Notes: a model not told the origin generated them from the sequence alone. 36,574 nt of DNA from an uncultured Lachnospiraceae bacterium (GCA_902803625.1 CADCQV010000294.1:1-36574); one strand, 5' to 3'. Shown: positions 9,929 through 19,603, counted from the first letter of the stretch. Translations and numbers: made by a program.

Positions 9929-12900
9929 TCACAGCTTTTCAACACCGAGAGTGACCTTTTCTCCGTTTATATCCCACTCCTTTGTATAGCCCGAAAGTCC
10001 CGCGAGATCGATAATATCTGCCATAGTCTCGGTTTTTATGAAGGAAGCATTCGCATTCATATACTCCTCCAGCTTTTCGCTTCCCGTCATGGAAATCCTT
10101 ATCTTGTCCATCACCTCGAAGCCCGCTTCCTTTCTCATTGTCTGGATCTTGCTGATAAGCTCCCTTACATAGCCTTCCTCCAGCAGTGCCTCCGTGAGAT
10201 TGGTGTCCAGAACTACCGTGACATTATTGTCATTCTGCTCCACAAAGCCCTCTTTGTTGCTCATTTCAATGAGAAGATCCTCTTCTGCCAGTGAAACCTC
10301 AGTACCGTCGAAATCAAACTTAAGAGCACCTTCGGCTTTCAGGGTATCCATCGCCTCATTTCCGTCAAGCTCCTTCAATGCTTCCCTTATCTTATTAAGG
10401 ACCTTGCCGTACTTCGGTCCGACGGTCTTTAACTGCGGCTTGAAGGTATAGGTTGTAAAGCTCCTTACATCCTCGGAGAATTCGACCTTCTTCACATTCA
10501 GTTCATCAGCTATTATCTCCTTATAGAAATCCGACATTTCGGGGGCTTTAACGTACATCTGCCCTATTGGCTGACGGTTCTTTATCCCGCTCTCATTCCT
10601 CGCAGCCCGCCCGAGAACAACAATATCGAGAACCTCCTCCATATCCTTTTCAAGCTCAGCGTCTATAAGAGACTCATCCGCTGCGGGATAATCACATAGA
10701 TGAATTGACTCCGGAGCATTCTTATCGTTCTCTGCAACCAGATTCCGGTAGATCTCCTCCGTCATAAAGGGGATCATGGGAGCAGCTGCCTTACAGATGT
10801 CTACAAGACAGGTGAAAAGCGTCATATACGCGTTTACCTTGTCCTGCTCCATTCCCTTTGCCCAGTATCTCTTACGGCAGCGCCTTACATACCAGTTACT
10901 GAGCTCATCCACAAAGGACTGAAGAGCCTTTGCGGCTTCGGGTATCCTGTAATTTCCCAGATCATTGTCGGTTTCCCTTATCGTTGACTGCAGGCGTGAC
11001 AGTATCCACCTGTCCATGACGCTGAGGCTGTCCCTGTCAAGATTATGGTCCTTTGCATCGAATCCGTCTATATTTGCATAAAGCACGAAGAAAGCATATG
11101 TATTCCACAGCGTCCCCATAAACTTTCTCTGACACTCCGTTACCGCCCTGTCATGGAAGCGGTTTGGAAGCCAGGGAGCACTGTTTATATAGAAGTACCA
11201 TCTGATGGCATCAGCCCCGAAGGTATCCAGAGCCTCAAAGGGATCGACGGCATTTCCCTTGGATTTGCTCATCTTGTTTCCGTCCTCATCCAGAACAAGA
11301 CCCAGTACTATAACATTTTCAAAGCAGGGCTTGTTGAAAAGAAGAGTGGATATAGCGTGAAGCGAATAGAACCATCCTCTGGTCTGATCCACCGCCTCGG
11401 AAATAAATGAAGCGGGGAACTGAGCCTTGAAGAGCTCCTCATTCTCAAAGGGATAATGATGCTGGGCAAAGGGCATCGCCCCGCTGTCAAACCAGCAGTC
11501 AATAACCTCCGGCACCCTCCTCATCTCTTTGCCGCACTCCGGACAGCTGCAGACTATCTCATCAATAAAGGGTCTGTGGAGCTCTACGGTACGGGCCTTT
11601 TCATTTCCGGAAAGCTTATAGAGTTCCTCTCTGGAGCCTATGGACTCCCTGTGACCGCACTCCTTACACTCCCAGATATTGAGAGGCGTACCCCAGTATC
11701 TGTTTCTGGAAACCGCCCAGTCCTGTATATTCTTTATCCATTCTCCGAATCTTCCGGAGCCGATGGTTGCGGGGATCCAGTTTATCTTCTCATTATTGGC
11801 TACCAGATCATCCCTCACCTTCGTCATTTCTATAAACCAGGATTCTCTTGCATAGTAGATAAGCGGCGTGTCGCAGCGCCAGCAGAATGGGTAATCATGC
11901 TCAAATTTCGGTGCCGAGAAAAGAAGGCCTCTGGAATCCAGATCCTTCAGGATCTCCGGATCCGCATCCTTTACAAAGAGACCCGCAAATGGGGTTTCCT
12001 CTGTCATATTCCCCTTATCATCAACGAACTGTACAAGAGGCATATCGTATTTCCGGCCGACCCTGGCATCATCTTCACCGAAGGCAGGAGCCTGATGTAC
12101 CACTCCTGTTCCGTCTTCCATAGTTACATAGTCATCTACCACAACGTAGTGTGCTTTCTTTTTCTGCTTAGCCGCAGCTTCACCGGCACACTTGAACAGC
12201 GGTTCATATTCCATGTATTCCATTTCTTTGCCGCTGAATTCATCCAGCACCTCATAGGGTGCTGTGGGAGCGTCCTCTCCTCCGAGAACCTTCTCTGCCA
12301 GAGCCTTGGCAAGAATATAGGTATATCCGTCCGCAGTATGGACCTTTACATAGGTTTCACCGGGATTCACGCAGAGACCCACGTTGCTGGGAAGGGTCCA
12401 GGGTGTGGTGGTCCAAGCAAGGATATACTCATCCTTATCCTTTACCTTGAACCTTGCGATAGCCGATCTTTCCTTTACAGCCTTGTAGCCCTGGGCAACC
12501 TCATGACTTGAAAGCGGGGTTCCGCAGCGCGGGCAGTAGGGCACTATCTTGAAGCCCTTATAGAGAAGACCCTTTTTCCAGATCTCGCTTAATGCCCACC
12601 ATTCAGACTCGATATAATCATCCTCATAAGTAACATAGGGATGCTCCATATCCGCCCAGAATCCTACCTGGTCGGAGAAGTTCGCCCACATCCCCTTATA
12701 CTTCCATACGGATTCCTTGCACTCCCTGATAAAGGGCTCCAGACCGTACTTTTCTATCTGCTCCTTGCCGTCCAGTCCGAGCTTCTTTTCCACCTCCAGC
12801 TCAACCGGCAGACCATGGGTATCCCAGCCCGCCTTTCTGGGAACATAGGCTCCCTTCATGGTATGGTACCTGGGGATCATATCTTTTATCACACGGGTCA

Positions 12901-13084
12901 GGACATGGCCGATATGTGGCTTCCCGTTTGCGGTAGGCGGTCCGTCGTAAAATGTATAGGTTTCTCCTTCCTTTCTGGAATCCATCGACTTCCGGAAAAT
13001 ATCCTTTTCATTCCAGAAGCTTACGACTTCCTTTTCCCTGTCCACAAAATTCAGGTCGGTATTTACTCTACTGTACACAGCCAT
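9929..13084 (-). CDS. ileS: Isoleucine--tRNA ligase, type 2 (long form)
   Basis: DGPPTANGKPHIGH, GWDTHGLP, AWTTTPWTLP, DQTRGWF and KMSKS motifs; 1051 aa with the type-2 C-terminal extension. Confidence 0.96.
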   Translation of the reverse strand: MAVYSRVNTDLNFVDREKEVVSFWNEKDIFRKSMDSRKEGETYTFYDGPPTANGKPHIGHVLTRVIKDMIPRYHTMKGAYVPRKAGWDTHGLPVELEVEKKLGLDGKEQIEKYGLEPFIRECKESVWKYKGMWANFSDQVGFWADMEHPYVTYEDDYIESEWWALSEIWKKGLLYKGFKIVPYCPRCGTPLSSHEVAQGYKAVKERSAIARFKVKDKDEYILAWTTTPWTLPSNVGLCVNPGETYVKVHTADGYTYILAKALAEKVLGGEDAPTAPYEVLDEFSGKEMEYMEYEPLFKCAGEAAAKQKKKAHYVVVDDYVTMEDGTGVVHQAPAFGEDDARVGRKYDMPLVQFVDDKGNMTEETPFAGLFVKDADPEILKDLDSRGLLFSAPKFEHDYPFCWRCDTPLIYYARESWFIEMTKVRDDLVANNEKINWIPATIGSGRFGEWIKNIQDWAVSRNRYWGTPLNIWECKECGHRESIGSREELYKLSGNEKARTVELHRPFIDEIVCSCPECGKEMRRVPEVIDCWFDSGAMPFAQHHYPFENEELFKAQFPASFISEAVDQTRGWFYSLHAISTLLFNKPCFENVIVLGLVLDEDGNKMSKSKGNAVDPFEALDTFGADAIRWYFYINSAPWLPNRFHDRAVTECQRKFMGTLWNTYAFFVLYANIDGFDAKDHNLDRDSLSVMDRWILSRLQSTIRETDNDLGNYRIPEAAKALQSFVDELSNWYVRRCRKRYWAKGMEQDKVNAYMTLFTCLVDICKAAAPMIPFMTEEIYRNLVAENDKNAPESIHLCDYPAADESLIDAELEKDMEEVLDIVVLGRAARNESGIKNRQPIGQMYVKAPEMSDFYKEIIADELNVKKVEFSEDVRSFTTYTFKPQLKTVGPKYGKVLNKIREALKELDGNEAMDTLKAEGALKFDFDGTEVSLAEEDLLIEMSNKEGFVEQNDNNVTVVLDTNLTEALLEEGYVRELISKIQTMRKEAGFEVMDKIRISMTGSEKLEEYMNANASFIKTETMADIIDLAGLSGYTKEWDINGEKVTLGVEKL

Positions 13085-13142
13085 TAATGATAAACTCTCC
13101 TTTCATATCCTGATCATTGCCAGTTGTATCTGTTCTTTATTA

Positions 13143-14600
13143 TTACTTCCAGTTTTCATCTCCCGCAGCATCGGCGAGAATATTTCTCCTGTCGTCAATG
13201 CCCTTCAGCACATCCAGAGCGGTCATATCTCCGGTAAACATAGCAGAGAGATCAGCATTTATATCCATCCATTGCTCATTAAAATATAACACAGAATCCT
13301 GCAGCACCATTCCTGAATTTTCTTCATCATATCCATCCAGAAACTCCTTTGTGATCCGGGAATATGAGGGCCTCTGTCCCACATCAAGAGGCAGATTCTC
13401 CACATCCGTGGAATGATCGATCATATACTGTACGCTTTCCCTTCTGCAAAGAAAAGAAAGGTATTTTTTCGCGGCTTCAATATTGTCTGATCCGGAATAA
13501 ATGAAACGGGACGGCCCCGCAGGATGAACATTCAGATAATTATTATCAAGAACGGGAAGCAGGAAGAGCCCGAAATCCTCTTCCGTGTATCCTCCGGTAT
13601 TCATTTCGTTTTCAACGATTGCCCTGATCGCGCCGGCCTTCAGCATACACATTGCGTATTTCCCGGAGGCAAGCTGCTCGTCCGCTTTATCTATCATATC
13701 ACTCAGGTAATTCTCCCCGAAGTAACCCTTTGCGGCCAGCTCACGCAACTGCTCGACGGCCTTCACCATATTTACGCTTTCCGCAAAGGTGATCTCATTC
13801 TTATTCAGCTTATCTATAAGTCCGGGATCTATCCTGTCCAGAACCTGCATATTTTCGGTCAAAAGCATCAATACATGCCAGCCGTCCCCCACAGGCTCAT
13901 AAATGGGTATTATTCCCTTCGATGAAAGTTTTTCACATACCTCAAGAAGCTCTCTCCAGGTAGCGGGTACCGAAACACCCGCCTCGGAAAAAAGCTTCTT
14001 GTTGTAGACCATATAATAATCCGTTGTGGTATCAAAGTATGTCAGGCCATAGTTTACACCCTTCACACCTGTTTGTGTAGCAGAAAAAGAACTGTATGCA
14101 TCTGCCCAGTCCTCTCCGCTCAGATCAACCGCATTTCCGGTCACATTATATACGGTTTCCAGTGCAAACCCTGATTGTGCGCCCCAGATATCTGGCGCAT
14201 CAGCGCCATTAAGCCTGGAAAGAAGCTGGTCCTGATACTGGTCTGCGGGAATGATCTGATAGTCAACGTGTATCCCCGTCTCCTCCTCAAATTTTTTCCC
14301 CAGCTCCTTTTCCGCATCCTTGACCCAGCCCTGACTGCATAACACAGTAATGGAAGAGCCGTCTGATGCCTCAGGCTCTTCCCCTGCCGTAGATCCGGTT
14401 TCATTTTTTGTCCCGGCTTCGGGACTGCTTTTCGTTTCCGTTCCGACTGCACCTCCGTGACGGGTGTGCACCCCGCCATCAGCCGCCGGATCCCCGCTTC
14501 CCGGGGGTGCCGCGCAGGCTGTGGTTATAAGTACAAGTGATGCAGTAAACAGAACGGCTGCAAGTTTTCGTCTAATCCTTTTACTCCAGTTCTCCGTCAT
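13143..14600 (-). CDS. Carbohydrate ABC transporter substrate-binding lipoprotein (SBP family 1)
   Basis: Signal peptide and lipobox-like TTAC; motifs FEEETGIHV, APDI, YNKKLF.EAGV..PATW.EL and AAKKYLSFL. Confidence 0.85.
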   Translation of the reverse strand: MTENWSKRIRRKLAAVLFTASLVLITTACAAPPGSGDPAADGGVHTRHGGAVGTETKSSPEAGTKNETGSTAGEEPEASDGSSITVLCSQGWVKDAEKELGKKFEEETGIHVDYQIIPADQYQDQLLSRLNGADAPDIWGAQSGFALETVYNVTGNAVDLSGEDWADAYSSFSATQTGVKGVNYGLTYFDTTTDYYMVYNKKLFSEAGVSVPATWRELLEVCEKLSSKGIIPIYEPVGDGWHVLMLLTENMQVLDRIDPGLIDKLNKNEITFAESVNMVKAVEQLRELAAKGYFGENYLSDMIDKADEQLASGKYAMCMLKAGAIRAIVENEMNTGGYTEEDFGLFLLPVLDNNYLNVHPAGPSRFIYSGSDNIEAAKKYLSFLCRRESVQYMIDHSTDVENLPLDVGQRPSYSRITKEFLDGYDEENSGMVLQDSVLYFNEQWMDINADLSAMFTGDMTALDVLKGIDDRRNILADAAGDENWK

Positions 14601-15231
14601 AGCTAAGGCTTATGTCCGTAACCGTTCCCTCATCAAAAGAGAACTCCAGCGAGAAGGGCTCGTTTTCGGATGAATACACATCATATGTGGCCGATGAATC
14701 ATCGGCATCGGTAGCTGCCGTAAAGTCGTAGGTTACTATATCAAACTGGGCAAACACCTTCCCGAGCTCGGGATAAAATGCTCTGATGGCATCCATTTCC
14801 TTACTTCCGGGTTCCATTTTATCATAGTCGGCAAGATCCTCCTTTGCAGAAGTCTCATCTCCCTCATAATAAGCAGTAAGATACGCGAGACGTGCCTTTT
14901 CCAGATCACCTGCCTTGTCCTTCACATCAACCGGCTTTGATGCGCTCTTGTCCTTCAGTACAACCTCCGGTGCATCTACGTAAAAACTGGTGTCATTGTT
15001 CACCACCGCCGTCATGCTGTACGCGCCGTCTTCTGCATCTCCCGCTGTGACGTCGGTATTATCCTCTTCATCCTCTGAATCTTCTTCATCACTTTCGGTT
15101 CCCTCAGCGGATCCATCCGGTCCGATGCCGTGTACATCCGGAAGGTTCATTTTGCATCCCGTAAACGAAACGGAAATAAGCATAAGTGCAAATAATATTG
15201 TCAGTAATTTAGAATAATATGTCTTTTTCAT
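14581..15231 (-). CDS. Acidic lipoprotein of unknown function (paralog of 4136-4978)
   Basis: MKK start, hydrophobic stretch, lipobox FTGC, acidic linker; GAAAGGAG RBS upstream. Confidence 0.8.
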   Translation of the reverse strand: MKKTYYSKLLTILFALMLISVSFTGCKMNLPDVHGIGPDGSAEGTESDEEDSEDEEDNTDVTAGDAEDGAYSMTAVVNNDTSFYVDAPEVVLKDKSASKPVDVKDKAGDLEKARLAYLTAYYEGDETSAKEDLADYDKMEPGSKEMDAIRAFYPELGKVFAQFDIVTYDFTAATDADDSSATYDVYSSENEPFSLEFSFDEGTVTDISLSYDGELE

Positions 15232-15290
15232 TTTGGGTCGTCGATACTCCTTTCATAAGCTTTGGCGCTTTTTCTTGCATCTAATGCCGA

Positions 15291-15377
15291 ATTGTATCAC
15301 AGTTTATCTGTGAAATCCACGATATTCAAAGAATCTTAATTGTTTTCCGCTGTAAATTACGTATTTCTTAATTGTTT
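15291..15377 (-). promoter_or_regulatory. Extended -10 promoter with an upstream 12-bp direct repeat
   Basis: TG-A-TACAAT on the minus strand (15291-15299) with a poor -35; TCTTAATTGTTT at 15334 and 15366. Confidence 0.5.
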
Positions 15378-15392
15378 ATGCCGGATAACCCT

Positions 15393-16364
15393 TCAGGATC
15401 CGGAGGGATCTGAATAATTACCAGGCCGGCTATTCCGGCTCGCAGCCGTGTTTCTTTCCCAGAAAACCCCATCGGCATAACCCTGGATAGTCCTGTCCCT
15501 TCCGGCCATTTCCAAACGTTTTTCCGCCCAGACGCAGTACTGATCGTTTAGCTCGATACCCACATAGTGGCGCCCAAGCTTTTTTGCCGCCACGGATGTT
15601 GAGCCGGATCCGAGGAAGGGGTCAAAAACAATGTCCCCGGGATTGGAGCTTGCAAGTATGAGCTTGGCCAGCAGCTTTTCGGGTTTTTGTGTCGGATGTG
15701 CCGTGTTTTCCGGCATAGACCAGTAGGGGATTGAAATATCATCCCAGAAATTTGACGGATATGTATTCCGGAAATTGCCGGAGTCTGTTTCTTCCCAGTC
15801 CTTCGGCTTTCCGTTGACCTTGTACGGGGCAATGACCTTTCTTCTTATCTTTACGGCCTCCACATTGAAGGTATAGGATCCGGACTTTGTGGCAAACCAG
15901 ATGTCCTCCATTCCGTTCTTCCAGTTGCTTAAGGCTCCCCGTCCCTTTTCTCTCTGCCAGGTTATCCTGTTCCGGATGATAAAATACTTCTTTAATATAC
16001 TCTCGATAACAGCGCCTGATTTCCAGTCGCAGCACACGTATAAGGATGCTTCGGCTTTCATGAGCGGAATGACTTTCTTGACCCAGGACTCCGTGAAATC
16101 TGCGTATATCTCATCAGAGGTCTTCCTGAACCTCCTGCCGTTATAATCCTTATCGAGATTATATGGGGGATCTGCAATTACCAGATCTGCAAAGCCTCCG
16201 GGAAGCAGGGACATGACATCAAGACAATCCCCGAGGATTGTCTTGTCTGTTACTTCTTCCAAAGAAGCGGCTGATTCGATTTTAACTGTTCCGGCCAGAT
16301 ATCTCTGTCCTTCTTCAAGAGAGATATCAATGGTTTTGTTCCTGCCGGACTTTACCTTTGGCAT
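15393..16364 (-). CDS. Site-specific DNA methyltransferase (N6A/N4C, beta class), orphan
   Basis: Catalytic ADPPY precedes HPTQKP and the SAM-binding DPFLGSGST; no nuclease gene adjacent. Confidence 0.92.
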   Translation of the reverse strand: MPKVKSGRNKTIDISLEEGQRYLAGTVKIESAASLEEVTDKTILGDCLDVMSLLPGGFADLVIADPPYNLDKDYNGRRFRKTSDEIYADFTESWVKKVIPLMKAEASLYVCCDWKSGAVIESILKKYFIIRNRITWQREKGRGALSNWKNGMEDIWFATKSGSYTFNVEAVKIRRKVIAPYKVNGKPKDWEETDSGNFRNTYPSNFWDDISIPYWSMPENTAHPTQKPEKLLAKLILASSNPGDIVFDPFLGSGSTSVAAKKLGRHYVGIELNDQYCVWAEKRLEMAGRDRTIQGYADGVFWERNTAASRNSRPGNYSDPSGS

Positions 16365-16374
16365 TACTGCTTAC

Positions 16375-16548
16375 TCACATTTTCCCGTGGCACATGCTGC
16401 TGCCCGGACAGGAGCTGCAGCCGCAGCCACAGCCGCCCGTGCCTTTTTTTCCGGACTTCTTAAGGGTACTGTACAGTATACCGGCGAGAATTGCAAGAAG
16501 TATGGCTCCTACTATGATCGTTCCAAGGTTGTTTATTATCCAGTTCAT
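16375..16548 (-). CDS. FeoB-associated Cys-rich small membrane protein (57 aa, not in the ORF track)
   Basis: Translated by hand: MNWIINNLGTIIVGAILLAILAGILYSTLKKSGKKGTGGCGCGCSSCPGSSMCHGKM*. RBS GAGGGG, one TM helix, CGCGCSSC..C tail, directly downstream of feoB. Confidence 0.9.
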   Translation of the reverse strand: MNWIINNLGTIIVGAILLAILAGILYSTLKKSGKKGTGGCGCGCSSCPGSSMCHGKM

Positions 16549-16562
16549 AGCTTACCCCTCTA

Positions 16563-16590
16563 AAGATCCTTCGCTTCGCTCAGGATGACA
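16563..16590. repeat. REP-like element (reverse orientation)
   Basis: AAGATCCTTCGCTTCGCTCAGGATGACA is the exact reverse complement of 5034-5061. Confidence 0.9.
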
Positions 16591-16601
16591 TTAATGCCAC
16601 C

Positions 16602-19067
16602 TTACGCTCCCACCGAGGCTTCCTTCAGGCTGTTTGATTCCTTATAGGGCCTGAAGAGCAGCCAGATGAATACGAGTATAACTATAACCGCGAGTACGCT
16701 TCCTATGATATTGCCTGCACCTGCAAGGGCGCTTCCGATCTGGTATACCACGAAGGATACGAGATAGGCGAAGCCGCACTCATAGCCGATGGCAAACCAG
16801 GTCCATTTCGCATTATTCATTTCCCTTCTGATCGCACCCATAGCTGCGAAGCAGGGAGCACAAAGGAGATTGAAGATAAGGAAGCTTAAGCCCGAAGCCG
16901 AGGTAAATGCTGCGGCAAGTGCTGCCCAGGCAGATCCCTCTCCGCCGTACAGAACACCCATCGTTCCTACTATGTTCTCTTTGGCCACAAGACCTGTTAC
17001 CGAAGCCACAGCAGCCTGCCAGTTACCCCATCCGAGCGGAGTAAAGATAAATGCGATGACTCCTCCGATGGCTGCCAGAATGCTGCCGCCGATCTCTTCT
17101 TCCTCGAGCATGGTGAATATTCCGTCTCTCCAGCCGAAGCGGGACAGGAACCATATCACTACGGTTGACAAAAGGATGATTGTTCCGGCCTTCTTGATAA
17201 AGCTCCAGCCTCTCTCCCACATACTGCGCAGAACATTGATAAGTGTAGGCCAGTGGTATGCAGGAAGCTCCATTACAAAGGGAGCGGGCTCACCGGCAAA
17301 CATCTTTGTCTTTTTAAGTATGATACCCGAACTGATGATAGCTGCGATACCTATAAAATATGCACCTGTGGAAACAACGGCACTTCCGCCGAATATGGCG
17401 CCCGCTATCATTGCTATAAAGGGAACCTTGGCTCCGCAGGGAATGAAGGTGGTAGTCATTATGGTCATACGGCGGTCACGCTCATTTTCAATTGTACGGG
17501 ACGCCATAATGCCGGGAATGCCGCATCCCGTCCCTATTAAGATAGGAATAAAGCTCTTTCCGGAAAGACCGAAGCGGCGGAATACCCTGTCAAGCACAAA
17601 GGCAACCCTTGCCATATAACCGCTGGCTTCCACAAAGGCAAGCAGGAAGAAAAGGACCAGCATCTGGGGCACAAAGCCGAGAACCGCGCCAACACCTGCA
17701 ACAATACCGTCAAGGATAAGGCCCTTCAGCCAGTCCGCACAGTTTACGCTGTCAAGAACACCCTCTACAACTGCCGGTATACCGGGTACCCATATTCCGT
17801 AATCCGCAGGATCGGGCTCCTCAAGGCCGTTCTCTTCAAAATAAGCAACCGCGTCCTTGAAACTCATAGCATTTACATCTTCTCCCGCATCCTCGGGAAC
17901 ACTGTCAAAGTATACCGAGATCTCGCTCTGTTCAAGGGTCTCCTCATCTTCGACCGTATAGCTCACAACATCTTTGTCTGATGAAAAGCTCTTCATAGCC
18001 TCGATATCTGTAGAATCATCAAAGCCCATATAGGCATCCACAGCCTGCATAGCGGCGGTATAATTCTCCCCGGCCTCCTCTGCAGCAGGGGTACCTATTC
18101 CGAACAGATGATAGCCGTCTCCGAAAAGCCCGTCATTTGCCCAGTCTGTAGCAGGAGCACCCACTCCAACCATAGCTATCCAGTAGATCAGGAACATAAC
18201 AACCGCAAAAATAGGAAGTCCCAGGATCCTGTTGGTCACAATCCTGTCTATCTTATCCGAATTGCTGAGTTCTCCGGCATTCTTTTTCTTATAAATCTCC
18301 TTAAGGATATCGGCAATGTAAATATACCGCTCATTGGTGATTATGCTCTCGGCATCATCATCCATCTCCTCCTCTGCCGCTGTAATATCCTTTTCGATAT
18401 GCGCAAGCTTATCCGAAGGAACACTGAGCTTCTCCAGAACCTTTTCGTCTCGTTCGAAGATCTTTATCGAATACCACCTCTGCTGCTCTTCGGGAAGATC
18501 GTGGACTATCGCCTCTTCAATATGTGCAAGGGCATGCTCCACAGGACCGCTGAAGGTATGCATAGGAACCTTTTTCCCGGACCTTGCGGCTTCTATCGCT
18601 GCCTCAGCGGCTTCCAGCGTCTTTTCATCCTTCAACGCGGATATTTCGACTATGCTGCAGCCAAGCTCCTTCGCAAGTGCCTTTGTATCCAGGCTGTCAC
18701 CGTTCTTCCTTACCACATCCATCATATTTATGGCAATGACCACCGGAATGCCCAGCTCGATAAGCTGTGTGGAAAGGTAGAGATTTCTCTCCAGGTTGGT
18801 TCCGTCTATTATATTGAGAATGGCATCAGGGCGTTCCCCGATAAGGTAGTTTCTGGCAACGACCTCTTCCAGAGTGTAGGGGGAAAGGGAATAGATTCCC
18901 GGAAGATCGATTATCTCCACATCCTCATGTTTTTTAAGCTTTCCTTCCTTCTTTTCTACCGTTACACCCGGCCAGTTTCCCACAAACTGGTTTGATCCCG
19001 TTAAGGAATTAAATAATGTGGTTTTCCCGCTGTTCGGGTTACCTGCAAGTGCGATTCTGATACTCAC
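16602..19067 (-). CDS. feoB: Ferrous iron transport protein B
   Basis: GTPase motifs GNPNSGKT, NWPGVT, DLPG and NMMD; membrane motifs GYMAR, GCGIPG, FVMELP, AKE and PC.A. Confidence 0.96.
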   Translation of the reverse strand: MSIRIALAGNPNSGKTTLFNSLTGSNQFVGNWPGVTVEKKEGKLKKHEDVEIIDLPGIYSLSPYTLEEVVARNYLIGERPDAILNIIDGTNLERNLYLSTQLIELGIPVVIAINMMDVVRKNGDSLDTKALAKELGCSIVEISALKDEKTLEAAEAAIEAARSGKKVPMHTFSGPVEHALAHIEEAIVHDLPEEQQRWYSIKIFERDEKVLEKLSVPSDKLAHIEKDITAAEEEMDDDAESIITNERYIYIADILKEIYKKKNAGELSNSDKIDRIVTNRILGLPIFAVVMFLIYWIAMVGVGAPATDWANDGLFGDGYHLFGIGTPAAEEAGENYTAAMQAVDAYMGFDDSTDIEAMKSFSSDKDVVSYTVEDEETLEQSEISVYFDSVPEDAGEDVNAMSFKDAVAYFEENGLEEPDPADYGIWVPGIPAVVEGVLDSVNCADWLKGLILDGIVAGVGAVLGFVPQMLVLFFLLAFVEASGYMARVAFVLDRVFRRFGLSGKSFIPILIGTGCGIPGIMASRTIENERDRRMTIMTTTFIPCGAKVPFIAMIAGAIFGGSAVVSTGAYFIGIAAIISSGIILKKTKMFAGEPAPFVMELPAYHWPTLINVLRSMWERGWSFIKKAGTIILLSTVVIWFLSRFGWRDGIFTMLEEEEIGGSILAAIGGVIAFIFTPLGWGNWQAAVASVTGLVAKENIVGTMGVLYGGEGSAWAALAAAFTSASGLSFLIFNLLCAPCFAAMGAIRREMNNAKWTWFAIGYECGFAYLVSFVVYQIGSALAGAGNIIGSVLAVIVILVFIWLLFRPYKESNSLKEASVGA

Positions 19068-19297
19068 TTCTCCACCTCCGTCACTTCAACCATCTCCGCA
19101 TCCGCTTTTCTCAATGAAAGCTCATATCCGCGGACCGTTATCTCAACAGGGTCTCCCAGCGGCGCAACCTTCCGGACATATACGCTGGTCCCTTTGGTTA
19201 TTCCCATATCCATGATCCGCCTTTTTATGGCGCCCTCACCGTGTATCTTTACCACGGTAACGGTATCTCCGATCTTCACATCCCTCAAAGTGTTCAT
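19064..19297 (-). CDS. feoA: Ferrous iron transport protein A
   Basis: RRIMDMGITKG, APLGDPVEITVRGYELSLRK; overlaps the feoB start. Confidence 0.95.
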   Translation of the reverse strand: MNTLRDVKIGDTVTVVKIHGEGAIKRRIMDMGITKGTSVYVRKVAPLGDPVEITVRGYELSLRKADAEMVEVTEVEK

Positions 19298-19364
19298 CTT
19301 TCTCTCCTTATAAAATATGTTTACTGTTCCGGCTCCCCACGGGTATTTCCGTTTTCCCGGAAAG

Positions 19365-19577
19365 TCAGACCATTACCTTCTTCGCCAGGGCTTCATCAAG
19401 TGCGATCCTTGATTCCTTCACCTTTACTATCACATTCCCCCCGACTGTGCTTATAAGCACCACACTTCCCCCCTGGGTAAAGCCCATATCCTCAAGATGT
19501 CTTCTTACCTCAGGGCTTCCTCCTATTCTTTTTATAATGTTCTCTTTGCCCGGCTCGGCAAGAATAAGTGGCAGCAT
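19365..19577 (-). CDS. feoA: FeoA-family protein
   Basis: RRHLEDMGF..G and GNVIVKVKESRIAL; start at ATG 19577 after GAAGGGGG. Confidence 0.9.
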   Translation of the reverse strand: MLPLILAEPGKENIIKRIGGSPEVRRHLEDMGFTQGGSVVLISTVGGNVIVKVKESRIALDEALAKKVMV

Positions 19578-19603
19578 ATGATTGTTAACCCCCTTCACCT
19601 TCC

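Noticed and set aside
8146-12511. Long plus-strand ORFs (289, 178 and 351 aa, among others)
   Set aside because: They are antisense shadows of glgP and ileS with no recognisable motifs.
9929-13084. Acquired mupirocin-resistance ileS
   Set aside because: Type-2 IleRS is commonly the housekeeping enzyme in Clostridia, the HIGH motif is canonical and the context is not mobile.
15393-16364. Restriction-modification defence system
   Set aside because: There is no endonuclease or specificity gene nearby; both neighbours are unrelated.
16789-18995. 276-aa and 295-aa plus-strand ORFs
   Set aside because: They are antisense shadows of feoB.
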